Shown: positions 40,455-56,045, counted from the stretch's first letter. The stretch: 64,000 nt of DNA from Octopus vulgaris (GCA_951406725.2 OX597837.1:20832001-20896000); one strand, 5' to 3'. Made by a program: numbers and translations. The notes: generated by a model not told the origin, from the letters alone.

Positions 40455-41875
40455 GTTTGTTTGTTTGTTTGTTTGGTTGGTTGGTTGGTCAGTCGGTCGG
40501 TCGGTCGGTCGGTTGGTTGGTTGGTTGGTTGGTTGGTTGGCTTGTTGGTTGGTTGGTTGGCTTGTTGGTTGGTTGGTTGGTTGGTTGGTTGGTTGGTTGG
40601 TTGGTTGGTCGGTTGGTTGGTTGGTCGGTTGGTTGGTTGGCTTGTTGGTTGGTTGGTTGGTTGGTTGGTTGGTTGGTTGGTTGGTCGGTTGGTTGGTTGG
40701 TCGGTTGGTTGGTTGGCTTGTTGGTTGGTTGGTTGGTTGGCTTGTTGGTTGGTTGGTTGGTTGGCTTGTTGGTTGGTTGGTTGGTTGGTTGGTTGGTTGG
40801 TCGGTTGGTTGGTTGGTCGGTTGGTTGGTTGGTTGGCTTGTTGGTTGGTTGGTTGGTTGGTTGGTTGGTTGGTTGGCTTGTTGGTTGGTTGGTTGGTTGG
40901 TTGGTTGGTTGGTTGGTTGGTCGGTTGGTTGGTTGGTCGGTCGGTTGGTTGGTTGGTCGGTTGGTTGGTTGGTTGGCTTGTTGGTTGGTTGGTTGGTTGG
41001 TTGATTGGTTGGTTGGTTGGTCGGTTGGTTGGTTGGTTGGTTGGTTGGTTGGTTGGTTGGTTGGTTGGTTGGTTGGCTTGTTGGTTGGTTGGTTGGTTGG
41101 TTGGTTGGTTGGTTGGTTGGTTGGTGGTTGGTTGGTTGGTTGGTTGGTTGGTTGGTTGGTTGGCTTGTTGGTTGGTTGGTTGGTTGGTTGGTTGGTTGGC
41201 TTGTTGGTTGGTTGGTTGGTTGGTTGGTTGGTTGGTTGGTTGGTTGGTTGGCTTGTTGGTTGGTTGGTTGGTTGGTTGGTTGGTTGGTTGGTTGGTTGGT
41301 CGGTTGGTTGGTTGGTCGGTCGGTTGGTTGGTTGGTCGGTTGGTTGGTTCGTTGGCTTGTTGGTTGGTTGGTTGGTTGGTTGGTTGGTTGGTTGGTCGGT
41401 TGGTTGGTTGGTCGGTTGGTTGGTTGGTTGGCTTGTTGGTTGGTTGGTTGGTTGGTTGGTTGGTTGGTTGGTTGGTTGGTTGGTTGGTTGGTTGGTTGGT
41501 TGGTTGGTTGGTTGGTTGGTTGGTTGGTTGGTTGGTTGGTCGGTCGGTTGGTTGGTCGGTCGGTTGGTTGGTTGGTTGGCTTGTTGGTTGGTTGGTTGGT
41601 TGGTTGGTTGGTTGGTTGGTTGGTCGGTTGGTTGGTTGGTCGGTTGGTTGGTTGGTTGGCTTGTTGGTTGGTTGGTTGGTTGGTTGGTTGGTTGGTTGGT
41701 GGTTGGTTGGTTGGTTGGTTGGTTGGTTGGTTGGTTGGTCGGTTGGTTGGTCGGTCGGTCGGTTGGTTGGTTGGTCGGTTGGTTGGTCAGTCGGTCGGTC
41801 GGTCGGTCGGTCGGTCGGTTGGTTGGTTGGTTGGTTGGTTGGTTGGTTGGTTGGTTGGTTGGTTGGTTGGTTGGC
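40455..41875. repeat. ~1.4-kb (GGTT)n array with GGTC and GGCTTGTT variants
   Basis: Direct reading. Confidence 0.98.
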
Positions 41876-42740
41876 TCTAATATAAAGACTGTCAACTGTT
41901 GGGCGCAAGAGAAGACAGCAGGTTCCATCCTTATTGATAAACGAAATAAATAAATATCAGCAAAAACAAACGAAAATGAGTCCATACAAGAGCTTCTACG
42001 TGGTCGCCTAAATATCTAGAAATAGCAGCCATATCTTCCTGAAATCATATTCCATGTCTGAATAAAAGAAAGAAAGAAAGAAAGAAAGAACAGTTGTAGG
42101 CACGGCTGTATGGTTAAGAGGCTCGCTTTGTAACCTCGTGGTTTTGAGTTCAGTCCCACAGAGCAGCACCTTGGTCAAGCATTTTCTATAGTACTGGGTC
42201 GAGTAATGCCCTGCGAGTGAATTTGGTACCTATTGTATGTGTGTGTGTGTGTGTGTTTGTGTATTTATGTATGTGTGTATGTGTGTTTTGTGTCTGTTTT
42301 TCACCCCCATCACCGCTCAGCAACCGGTGTTGGTTTGGTTATATATTCGAAATTTTAAAAACAAAAATACGTTAGAATAAGTACCAGACGTTAAGAAAAA
42401 CGGTGCTGGTATCGATAAGTTCGAGTAACTTCTTTGATGGCGGTGCACCAGAATGGTCGTAGTCCAATAAATGAAACAAGTACAAGTATGAAAAAAACAC
42501 ACCTGAAAGACACCCTCAAAACCAATTGGGCGGTCAGGACGGACTGGAATACTTTTGGCAATATGTCTGCTGTCCCACGTTTGAGTAGGGACTAAAATAA
42601 TCTGAATAATCACGAAAATAGACAAAAATATGAATGAAATGTGTTGGCTAAAATCTTGGGGCGAAAAAGAGCTGTTGGGTTTAAAGGTCAACGGCCAGTG
42701 AATGGACGGCAGTGTTTTCCTTCATCGAAGTGATCAAATA

Positions 42741-43140
42741 GGCGTAGGAGTGGCTGTGTGGTAAGTAGCTTGCTTACCAACCACATGGTTCTGGGTCCAG
42801 TCCCACTCCATGACCCCTTGAGCAAGTGTCATCTACAATAGCCTGGGGTCAACCAAAGCCTTGTGAGTGGATTTGGTAGATGGAAACTGAAAGAAGCACG
42901 TCGTATATATGTATATGTATATGTGTGTATGTTTGTGTGTCTGTGTGTGTCCCCCCAACATCGCTTGACAACCGATGCTGGTGTGTTTACGTCCCCGTAA
43001 CTTCGCGGTTCGGCAAAAGAGATGGATAGACTAAGTACTAGGCTTACAAAGAATAAGTCCTGGGGTCGATTTGCTAGACTTAAGGTGGTGCTCCAGCATG
43101 GCCACAGTCAAATGACTGAAACGAGTAAAAGAGTAAAGAG
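42741..43140 (+). mobile_element. SINE family A, full length (older copy at ~42098-42490)
   Basis: Family head, core and GTAAAAGA tail. Confidence 0.9.
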
Positions 43141-43348
43141 TATTTAGGATTTGTCACACATATTGACCCTCTCATCTTGTTCCTGGTTGAGCCTATATTT
43201 TTATATATAACCATATGTGTGTATTTGTATGTATGTATGTATGTATGTATGTATGTATGTATAAACATACATACATACATAATATATATATATATATCAC
43301 ATACATATATATATACACACACACACACATACATATATATTCACACAC

Positions 43349-43401
<53 letters not shown>

Positions 43402-43676
43402 TCGTGCTGAGGCAATATAATTAGAACATATAACACGAATATATTTAGTAAAAGAATCCACCCAACGCTGATATATTCACACACGCACACACACGCACAC
43501 ACACGCACACACACGCACACACACGCACACACACGCACACACATACTCACACACACCTACATACACACATATGTATTATAATATCTATATACATATGTAT
43601 CTACATTACTATATTTATATGTATATATATATATATCACCATATCTAAGTCTATATCTATCTACCTGTCTATCTAT

Positions 43677-43768
<92 letters not shown>

Positions 43769-43779
43769 AGCTAGCTACT

Positions 43780-43795
43780 TATATATATAAAAGAG

Positions 43796-43851
<56 letters not shown>

Positions 43852-44382
43852 CGTGCGCGTATGTTCCTTATGCATTCGAAAAATGAGCTGCTGATTTTGA
43901 CATATGGGGTATCAAAACATGCAGTAATCTTTCGGTTACTGTAGTTATTTGAAAGATACTGCTCTACAACGAACATGTTTCATTAGAAAGTGAAAATAGT
44001 TTCACACTTTCAATTTCCACCAAAATTACAAAGTACTGCATTACGAGAGAGACGATGTATGAATAAAGAAAGTAATGTTTCTTCAAATTAGTCACATCTG
44101 TACTATAATAAAGAAAGCTGCTTATCATCTGTCTATATATATAAAGGCTATTATATAAACTAAAATAACCTCAGAAATGAGGTCGGGTCGCAAATAAAAC
44201 CTATAAAACTTCATTAAAAGACATCCATTTCTCTATATATTATGAGGAAATATAATCACTCGCTCTCTCTCTCTCTCTCACATGCTCACGCACAGGCATA
44301 CACACATGCAAAATGATGTATGCATATGTATTTATGTACGTGTAAATGAAAGATGATGTGTCTGAGAGAGAGAGAGCAAGAG

Positions 44383-44423
<41 letters not shown>

Positions 44424-44899
44424 GTGAGTATTATTTACACATACATGCAAAAAATACATGACCACACACACACACACCTTCACTCACTCACTCACTCACT
44501 CACTCACTCTTTCTCTCTCGCGCACTCGCACACACGCACATATACACACAAGCACACACACGTCTAAAAATTCGTAAAAAGTCATAAATTAAGAATTTGC
44601 GGTGGGGACAGAAAGAAATTGGAATTTTGAAAACGTGATTTCAGGGAAAATCGTATTAACCTCCCTTTGACACGATGAAACAATACATAATTTGTGGTCC
44701 TTCTTAAAAACAGAAAGCATTTTCGTGCAAACCCAAGCAAGTTGTCCCCTCCTTCACTTTGAAACAAGCAATAACTTCCATTACGCCAGTGATCCAGTTC
44801 ACTATATTTCAGCTGTGCCGATTCTGCCCTTGAAAGGAACAAATAATACAATATGGCTGTAGGTCGTAACATCCGGTCAACGCCGAGATGCACTGCTAG
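43780..44899 (+). mobile_element. Non-autonomous Helitron-like element
   Basis: Starts TATATATATAAAA plus microsatellite; ends CCGGTCAACGCCGAGATGCACTG-CTAG followed by T. Confidence 0.6.
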
Positions 44900-46962
<2,063 letters not shown>

Positions 46963-47451
46963 CTATGTTATATATATGTATATAAATATATGTATTTATA
47001 TAAATATACGCATATGTATGTGTGCGCATTCTCACGTAAGATAACGCAATACACACACATATACACAAAAACGCACTCTCTCTCTCTCTCACACACACAC
47101 ACACAACCACACACATATTAAAACTTTCTTGACCTTTACGAGGAAGTATTAAATTCCTTTAACGAATTTTGCAGATCAAAAAGAGTTTGAGGAGAATGGC
47201 TGATTGGAAGAGAGAGAGAGGAGGGAGGGGGAGAGTGAGAAAGGGAGAGAGGCAGATATACAGAGTGATAATGAGAGAGTAACGGAAAGAGAGTGAGATA
47301 GATGGACAGACAGACAGGGGGACAGACGGGCAGACAGGCAGACAGGCAGATAGACAGAATCACAGAAAAACTGTGACAAAGATTAAGATGCAGACACCTT
47401 CAGAAAGGAAACAGACAATTGAATTGACCGGAAGAGAGAGAGAAAGAGGGT

Positions 47452-47502
<51 letters not shown>

Positions 47503-47780
47503 GGCAGACAGACAGATAGAAAGAGATAGAGACAGAGGGACAGAGAGAAACAGAGAAAGAGAGAGAGGAAAAGAAAGAGGGTAGAGAGGGAAAATAGAGA
47601 GGGAGAGAGAGAAAGAAAGGAGAGAGGGAAAAAGAGAGGGAAAGAGAGGGGAGGGGAGACTGAGTAAAAGTGAGATAGACAGAAAGCGAGTGTGCGTGAA
47701 TGTGTGTGTGTGTGTATGTGCGTGTGTGTGTGTGTGAATGAAACAGGAAATGCTACAGGAGAGCGTGAGTGAATGTCAGA

Positions 47781-47832
<52 letters not shown>

Positions 47833-47944
47833 GTAGCGAGTAGAAATTGAGAGAATAAAAGAGAGATAGAAGTGGGTGTGAGGACTAGAGTTGGAATAGT
47901 TGAGAGGTAAAATGAATTAGGGTCAAATCTATGGTAAGAAATTA

Positions 47945-48096
47945 AGAGAGATTTCTTCCCTTTCTCTCTTAATCCTTTCTGTCGAAGAGCTTAGGCTCGA
48001 AACATCAAAAAGTTTCTCATTCTTTCCGTCTGTTAAAACTAATACACTTGCTTGTTGTTTCTTCACCTATCTTCGTCTTTTGTTTTCTGTAAATTT
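47945..48096 (+). mobile_element. Family HH1 hammerhead element, decayed
   Basis: CTGTCGA-A-GAGC(TTAG)GCTC-GAAACATC at 47979-48006 with shared tail. Confidence 0.7.
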
Positions 48097-48098
48097 GT

Positions 48099-48360
48099 AG
48101 TGGCTGTGGAGTAAGTAGCTTGCCTGTGAACCACATGGTTCCGGGTTCAGTCCCACTGCGTGGCACCTTGGGCAACTGTCTTCTACTATAGGCGCAGGAG
48201 TGGGTGTGGGGTAAGTAGCTTGCTTATGAACCTCATGGTTTCGGGTTCAGTCCCACTGCGTGGCACCTTAGGCAACTGTCTTCTACTATAGCCTCGGGCC
48301 GAGCAAAGCCTTGTGAGTGGATTTGGTAGACGGAAACTGAAAGAATCCCGTTATATATAA

Positions 48361-48416
<56 letters not shown>

Positions 48417-48608
48417 TTGTGTGTCTGTGTTTGTACCCCCAACATCGTGTGTTTACGTCCCCGTAACTTAGCGGTTCGGCAAAATACACCGATAGAATAA
48501 GTACTAGACTTACAAAGAATAAGTCCTGGGGTCGATTTGCTCGACTAAAGTCGGTGCTCCAGCATGGCCACAGTCAAATGACTGAAACAAGTAAAAGAGT
48601 AAAAGAGT
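48099..48608 (+). mobile_element. SINE family A with duplicated head
   Basis: Head at 48099-48190 repeated from 48191; both carry the variant GCAACTGTC. Confidence 0.85.
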
Positions 48609-48609
48609 A

Positions 48610-48656
<47 letters not shown>

Positions 48657-49144
48657 CACACACACACACATACACACACACACACACATACACGGTAGGA
48701 AGCTTGCCAGTGTGCCTTGCAGTGGCCGAAGGGGTCACTGTATGGCACCTTGGGCAAGTGTCTTCTGCAATAACCTCGGGCCGACCAAAGCCTCGTGAAT
48801 GTGTCATACATTTTCAAATGTTTTTCTTACGTAAAAAGTTTCCCCACTATAATTTCCAAGGGTGTGCTGAAAAAAAAATTTGAAAAATCTCCGAGAGAAC
48901 GGAGAAAATGCAAATTATGTGAGCGTGTTAATTCGAAACTCCTTCATGCCATTCTGTGATGAAAATTGCCCGGTAACGACGAGATACTCAGCCAATGTGT
49001 ATGTGTGTGTGTGCAGGTATGTGTGGGTGAGTGCGCGCGCGCGTACACTCACATACATACATATATATGTGTATATATATATATATATACATAAATATAT
49101 ATATATACGTTATTATATATATACATTTATATATATATATATGT

Positions 49145-49348
49145 AGGTCCCGGGTTGAGTCGGGGTTAACCACAGTAAATAAGGTACTCAATACATGGCA
49201 GAGTAAATTAATTTATTTTATAGAAGGAGCTTCTACAGGACTAGAACTGTTTCATTCAAATGAAATCATCAGGAAATCATAGGCCAAGCTTCCTGATGAT
49301 TTCATTTGAATGAAACAGTTCTAGTCCTGTAGAAGCTCCTTCTATAAA

Positions 49349-49354
<6 letters not shown>
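49145..49354. mobile_element. (TA)n-flanked element with a 65-bp perfect inverted repeat carrying hammerhead cores on both strands
   Basis: Arms 49211-49275 and 49290-49354 with a 14-nt spacer. Confidence 0.85.
49287..49337 (+). ncRNA. Type I hammerhead ribozyme motif
   Basis: AGCTTC-CTGATGA-TTTCATTTGAAT-GAAACAG(TTCTAGTC)CTGT-A-GAAGCT; 6-bp stem I, 4-bp stem III, GUA site, weak stem II. Confidence 0.8.
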
Positions 49355-49419
<65 letters not shown>

Positions 49420-49646
49420 TATACATAGGGCTTTTTTCAGTTTCCGTCTACTAAATTCACTCACAAGGCTTTGGTCGGACCGAGGCTATAGTAGAAGACA
49501 TTTGCCCAAGGTGCCACGCAATGGAGCTGAGCCCGGAACCATGTAGTTAGTAAGCATGCTACTAACCACACAGCCGCTCCTGCGCCGGCACACACCCAAT
49601 TCTGCGCCTTCACACACCCAATTCTGCGCCTTCACACACCCAGTCG

Positions 49647-49700
<54 letters not shown>

Positions 49701-49707
49701 ATGTATG

Positions 49708-49764
<57 letters not shown>

Positions 49765-49856
49765 TAATTGATTAATTAATTAAAACTGCACTCTTTATTC
49801 ATTATCAAACTAAGTATGGAATTTCACTTATGAGGTTCGCATGTCATTCAGTACAT

Positions 49857-50328
49857 TACCTATTTCTTTACTACCCACAAGGAGCTAAACACAGAGAGGA
49901 CAAACAAGGACAGATACACGGATTAAGTCGATTACATCGACCCCAGTGTGTAACTGGTACTTATTTAATCGACCCCGAAAGAATGCAAGGCAAAGTCGAC
50001 CTCGGCGGAATTTGAACTCAGAACGTAACGGCAGACGAAATACCTATTTCTTTATTACCCACAAGGGGCTAAACACAGAGGGGACAAACAAGGACAGACA
50101 TAGGTATTAAGTCGATTACATCGACCCCAGTGCGTAACTGGTACTTAATTTATCGACCCCGAAAGGATGAAAGGCAAAGTCGACCTCGGCGGAATTTGAA
50201 CTCACAACGTAACGGCAGCCGAAATACCGCTAAACATTTCGCCCGACGTGCTAACGATTCTGCCAGCTCACCGCCCTTTCTAGCTCCCCGCCCTTTCCAG
50301 CTCCCCGCCCTTGCCAGCTTACCGCCCT
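49857..50328 (-). mobile_element. Dimeric family B SINE with reiterated 5' end
   Basis: Two cores; CAGTACATTACC occurs on both flanks. Confidence 0.9.
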
Positions 50329-51274
50329 AACTATCCAGTACATTACCATAACGTCATTCAGTACATTATCATAACGTGATTATCCTAATTCATAGGATTG
50401 ACCCATTGATCCCGTAGCTGATTTCATATTTTAATTATGTGAAATAAACTGACTGAAATTATTCGTAATTGTCTTTCTATAGGTAAACATCCTTGTCAAC
50501 TGATTACGTAGGCTTAGTGTAGACAATATTGTGCTGAAGAGGTCTAATTGACATGAATATCTTCATAGTTGTCCCCCTTGCTTGGAAACAAAGATCAGAC
50601 CCTCCTTCTCTTAAACCGGTGCCTCTACTTTTTGTCTTCTTTCAGTTTCACTTTTTGAACTGCAGTCATCCTTGAGCACCTCCTTCGAGAGTTTTGTTGA
50701 ACAAACCGACATCTGTACTTACTATTTTATATCTGGCACTTATTCTATCAGTCGCTCTTGCTGAACGGATAAGTTATGTGGACGTAAAGAAACCAACACC
50801 GGTTACCAAACAGTTTGCGGGGTGGGGGATAGAAGCAGAACTACACAGACAAACATATGTGTATAGACATATGCAGGCTTCCGTACAGTTTCCATCATAC
50901 TCACTCACAAGGTTTTGGTTGGCCCGGGGCTATAGTAGAAAATAACTGGCCCAGGATGATGTACAGTGAATGAACCCGAAGCCTCATGGTTGCAAAGCGA
51001 GCTTCTCAACCACACAGCCATGCATGGGCCTATAGCGTAAGTATAAACTGTAAAAACATATTCATGCACAAACACATACAGTAATATCTGTATATTATAT
51101 AGGCGCAGTCGTGGCTGTGTGGTTAGAAGCTTGCTCTCCAACGACATGGATCCTGGTTCAGTACCACTGTATGGCACTTTGGGCAAGTGTCTTCTACTCT
51201 AGCCTCGGGCCGACTAAAGTTTTGTAAGTGGATTTGGTAGACAGAAACTGTAAGAAGCCCGTCGTATATATATA

Positions 51275-51484
51275 TAATCGGTGGACGCACGCTGTTCTCG
51301 AGTGGTACCCGCGCGAGAGGAAAAGACCACCCGGAAAACCTCCACGACGGTGGAGTTACGATTTCAGGAGGAAAATTGGGATCACGTGGATGAGAAGGGC
51401 GCGATCCAGAGAGGAGTGGACAGCGTGCTGTGACTAGCGGTGTCAAATGGACGCCTGACGGACTGGTCGGTCAAAGTGAAGTGA
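51275..51484 (+). mobile_element. RTE-clade LINE 3' end inserted in the (TA)n of a family A SINE (51102-51270)
   Basis: NRWTHAVLEWYPRERKRPPGKPPRRWSYDF..WMRRARSREEW is a typical RTE C-terminus. Confidence 0.85.
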
Positions 51485-51509
51485 TATATATATATATATA
51501 TATATATAT

Positions 51510-51925
51510 AGGGAGAATTCACAAAAAAACAAAAGACGAATACAGGTGGTGTAGACAACAAGCAGATGTATTAGTTTAATGCTCGGGACGAGAAAAAGAC
51601 TTTAACGTTTCGAGCCTGCGCTCTTCCACAGAAAGAAGCAAACAGTTAAAAAAAAATTTTTTTAGAAAGTGCAAAAAACTTAAGAAAATTTCAAAAGGTT
51701 CAAAAGCTTCGAACATCGTGATGTATTGGAGCGATTTCTCATCAACAGAAGAGTCCAGTGTAATCCATGGGCAGGAGAGGTGCAGCTGAAAGTCCAGGTA
51801 GAATAGTCCAGTGTAGAAGGTGTAAAAGTTCGTTGGGTAATGAGGAGACTGGATCAACTGGTACGACCACGTGAGCGTGTAATATATGGACGAAGACAGG
51901 TGATGTAGACAACAAGCAGATGTAT
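51510..51925 (-). mobile_element. HH1 element with upstream unique sequence and a partial direct repeat of its tail
   Basis: Minus CTTT-CTGTGGA-A-GAGC(GCAG)GCTC-GAAACGT-T-AAAG at 51600-51635; GTAGACAACAAGCAGATGTAT occurs at ~51551 and ~51905. Confidence 0.75.
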
Positions 51926-51957
51926 CTATCTATCTAGCTCGATCGATCGATCGATCG

Positions 51958-52050
<93 letters not shown>

Positions 52051-53177
52051 TATGGGCAGTACATAGGGTTACTCAGGGTTTCGCGTCCGTAAGCGCTTAG
52101 CTTTACATATGCCCTAACAGCCGGCTTCTTTTAGTTTCCGTCTCCCAAATCCACTCACAAGACTTCGGTCGGCCTGAGGCTATAATAGTAGAAGGCACTT
52201 TCCTAAAGTGCCACGCAGTGGTATTGAACACAAGACCATGTGGAAAGGAAAGCATGACTTTTACCACACAGCCACACCTGCGTCCATATTAACATTTGAA
52301 GATGCTTAGATGCATATCTACAACCACACTCACATATTCACGTTCATATACCCACAAAGAGCACATCATTTGCGGATGTGCGCATGTGTGTGTTGTGTGT
52401 GCGCACGCGTGTGAGTGAGCGAGTAACGTGATCGATATTCTGTAAGTATAAAATGTCTTTGAGGTTTCGTGAAGAGGTTGTATTATGAGTGAATCGAGAG
52501 AAAAGTAGTCGAGAAGTCATGTTGAAACGTTCAAACGTAATCAAGTGTTATTGTGAGAAAGAAGTGCTGTAGTTTACTGGTCATCATGGCTGCCCATCTC
52601 TGGCCCCCACTTCTTTCACTCTTTCTCTCTCTCTCTCTTTTCCTCTCTCTTTCCCCCTCTCTCTTTCTTCTTCTCTCTGTTTTTTTCTCTCTTTCTCTCT
52701 TTCTCCTTCTCTCTTCATACACACATAAACTCGTGCGCATGCACACATACACACACACGCATAAACACACACACATACACTTTATTGTGTATTGGCCAAC
52801 CGATCTAACAGTTTTACTGCTTCTCGCATTACACACACACACACACATGCATGCATGCCTGTATGGATGGATGGGTGAATGGGTGGGTGGATGTGTATAT
52901 TTATAAATTGTATGTTTGTACATATGTACTTAGGTACGCTTGTATATGTATATATATATATATATATACATTCTTTTATTCTTTTATTTGTTTCAGTCAT
53001 TTGAATGCGGCCATACAGGATCACTGCCTTTAGTCGAACAAATCGACCCCAGGACTTATTCTTTTTAAGCCTAGTTACTTATCCTATCGTTTGCCGAACC
53101 GCTATGTTACGGGGATGTAAACACACCAACATCGGTTGTCAAACAATTGTGGGGGGACAAACAGAGACGCAAAAAAC

Positions 53178-53233
<56 letters not shown>

Positions 53234-53244
53234 TACAGATATAT

Positions 53245-53358
53245 AATGCGTAACTCTGGGTGGTTCCTATGTAGAAAAAGACTAATAACTGTGCCAAGTT
53301 TCGTTGCTCTACTATTATGGGAAGTGGGTCAGGGGCATTACTTCTTGAACGCCCCTCG
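53245..53358 (-). mobile_element. Mariner-like terminal fragment
   Basis: Minus strand TA|CGAGGGGCGTTCAAGAAGTAATGC resembles a mariner TIR; no partner end seen. Confidence 0.55.
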
Positions 53359-53612
53359 TACCTACATCTATATGTATATATACATGCATATATGGGTACA
53401 TGACATCAAAAAAGTCGGGGGGGGAGAAGTAAGAAAGAGGGAACAGTGAAGGGGAAAGGAGAAGAATAGAGGAGTGTGGGGGAGTTTTTCGTTGTTTGAA
53501 AAAAGTTCGTTTCCATGTTTTTGCTTTTATGTTTTCGTTTCTAATTATGTTCAAGGTTTTTTTGATGTCATGTACCCATATATGCATGTATATATACATA
53601 TAAATGTAGGTA
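53359..53612. repeat. ~55-bp inverted repeat (one mismatch) around a ~145-bp spacer
   Basis: TACCTACAT(C/T)TATATGTATATATACATGCATATATGGGTACATGACATCAAAAAA on both strands. Confidence 0.85.
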
Positions 53613-53788
53613 TGTACATATATGTATGTATATATGCATATATTTATATATTATTTATATTATTATATGATCGAACACCACGCATCCTTTTCCAAGTAAG
53701 CTTTATACACACACACACATATATATATATATGAACCCAAGACCATGTGGTTGGGAAGCAAGCTACTTACCACACAACCACTCCTGCG

Positions 53789-53833
<45 letters not shown>

Positions 53834-54479
53834 TAATATAATATAATATAATATAATATAATATAGTATAATATAATATAATATAATATAATATGATATA
53901 ATATAGTGTAATATAGTATAATATAATATAAATAATTTATATATATATATATATATATATACATATACATACGCATATGTACATAAATCTATACGTATAT
54001 CTGTCTGTCACTCTCTTCCTCTGTTGCTCACATTGCTCCCATGTGACCATCGGCCATCTTTCTTTTAACTTGTATTTCTTTCTTTCTTTCTATCCGTTGT
54101 AGCTGGAACAAAGAAGACGTGTTCTTGTCTGTCTCCTATCCAAGCTTGATTTACGTGTTTGCCACCACAACTTCCTTTAGGCGTTGCAGCCCTTTCTGTT
54201 TGTTTTCACTGTCCTGTTTGTGTTACCAATTTTGACGCTCCGCAAGATCCTAAATTGCGTATCCTGTTGTTAAATGCTATAAAATACGAGACTAGAAAAA
54301 AAGCCAGCAACTGATGAAGGGTCGTGCTTTGTGTTGTTTGTCTTGTTTTCCATTTATGTCTTTTGTTGTTCGAAAAAGTAGTTCATATTCTATGTACTCG
54401 TACTAAGTATTCTTTGTTGTTGCACACGTTTCGTGACGTCCTGTGCATATATATATATATATACGTACAGATGTATTTA

Positions 54480-54543
<64 letters not shown>

Positions 54544-54622
54544 TATATACAGATATACATATATATATATATATAAATATATACATATATACATATATAC
54601 ATATATATACATATATATATAC

Positions 54623-54653
<31 letters not shown>

Positions 54654-54689
54654 CATATATATATACATATATATATATATACATATATA

Positions 54690-54823
54690 GGCGCAGGAGT
54701 GGCTGTGTGGTAAGTAGCTTGCTAACTAACCACATGGTTCCGGGTCAGTCCCACTGCGTGGCATCTTGGGCAAGTGTCTTGTGAGTGGATTTGGTAGATG
54801 GAAACTGAAAGAAGCCTGTCGTA

Positions 54824-54885
<62 letters not shown>

Positions 54886-55088
54886 TCCCACTAAAATTGC
54901 TTGACAACCGATGCTGGTGTGTTTACGACCCCGTCACTTAGCGGTTCGGCAAGAGAGACCGAAAGAATAAGTACTGGGCTTACAAAGAATAAGAAGTCCC
55001 GGGGTCGATTTGCTCGACTAAAGGCGGTGCTCCAGCATGGCCGCAGTCAAATGACTGAAACAAGTATAAGAATAAAAGAATAAAAGAA
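54690..55088 (+). mobile_element. SINE family A
   Basis: Family sequence. Confidence 0.9.
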
Positions 55089-55138
55089 TATATATATACA
55101 TATATATATACATATATATATATACATATACATATATA

Positions 55139-55174
<36 letters not shown>

Positions 55175-55236
55175 TGTATGTATGTATGTATGTATGTATG
55201 TATGTATGTATGTATGTATGTGTGTGTATGTATGCA

Positions 55237-55283
<47 letters not shown>

Positions 55284-55329
55284 TATTTATATTTCGTATG
55301 ATTGAACGCTCCGCATCTTCTTCCAAGTA

Positions 55330-55543
55330 AGTTTCTTCTCTCTCTCGCTCTGAACGCGTGTTTCGTTAGCGATTTTCTTTCTCCGTCTTCCCTTTTTAGG
55401 ACTTTTTCTATATTTCTGATGAAGAGCTTCGCTCGAAACCTGAATTCCTCTTTCTTTTCTTTCCTTTCCTGAGCGTCCAATAACACAGTACTTGTTCCAC
55501 GTCCTCACGTTAATGTGTTTTCTTGCTTGTTCATGTTTGGATT

Positions 55544-55547
<4 letters not shown>
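55330..55547 (+). mobile_element. HH1-related element with canonical CUGAUGA core
   Basis: CTGATGA-A-GAGC(TTC)GCTC-GAAACC at 55416-55440; shares TTCCTGAGCG downstream; ends in (TA)n. Confidence 0.7.
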
Positions 55548-55589
<42 letters not shown>

Positions 55590-55619
55590 AAATAAAATAT
55601 GTATATATATATATATATA

Positions 55620-55847
55620 CTCTTTTACTCTATTACGTGTTTCAGTAATTTGACTGCAGCCATCCTGGAGCACCGCCTTTAGTCGTGCAAATCGACCCCA
55701 GGACTCACTCTTTGTAGGCCTAGTACTTATTCTATCGGTCTATTTTGGCGAACCGCTAAGTTACGGGGACGTAAACACACCACCATCGGTTGTCAAACGA
55801 TGTCGAGGGGACAAACAAAGACACATAAACATATACACACACACATG

Positions 55848-55897
<50 letters not shown>

Positions 55898-56043
55898 CGC
55901 ACACACACAGTTTCCGTCTACCAAATCCACTCACAAGGCTTTAGTCAGCCCGAGTTTATGGTAGAAGACACTTGCCCAAGGTGGGACTGAACCACGAACC
56001 ATGTGGTTGGTAAGCAAGCTACTTACCATAAGCCACTACTGCG

Positions 56044-56045
<2 letters not shown>
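55620..56045 (-). mobile_element. SINE family A
   Basis: Family sequence. Confidence 0.9.

Noticed and set aside
40412-41985. 480-513 aa ORFs (WLVG / NQPT repeats)
   Set aside because: Translations of the (GGTT)n array, open on both strands only because the repeat lacks stops
50530-50570. CTGAAGA-G-GTC..GAC as a hammerhead
   Set aside because: No properly placed GAAA or stem III
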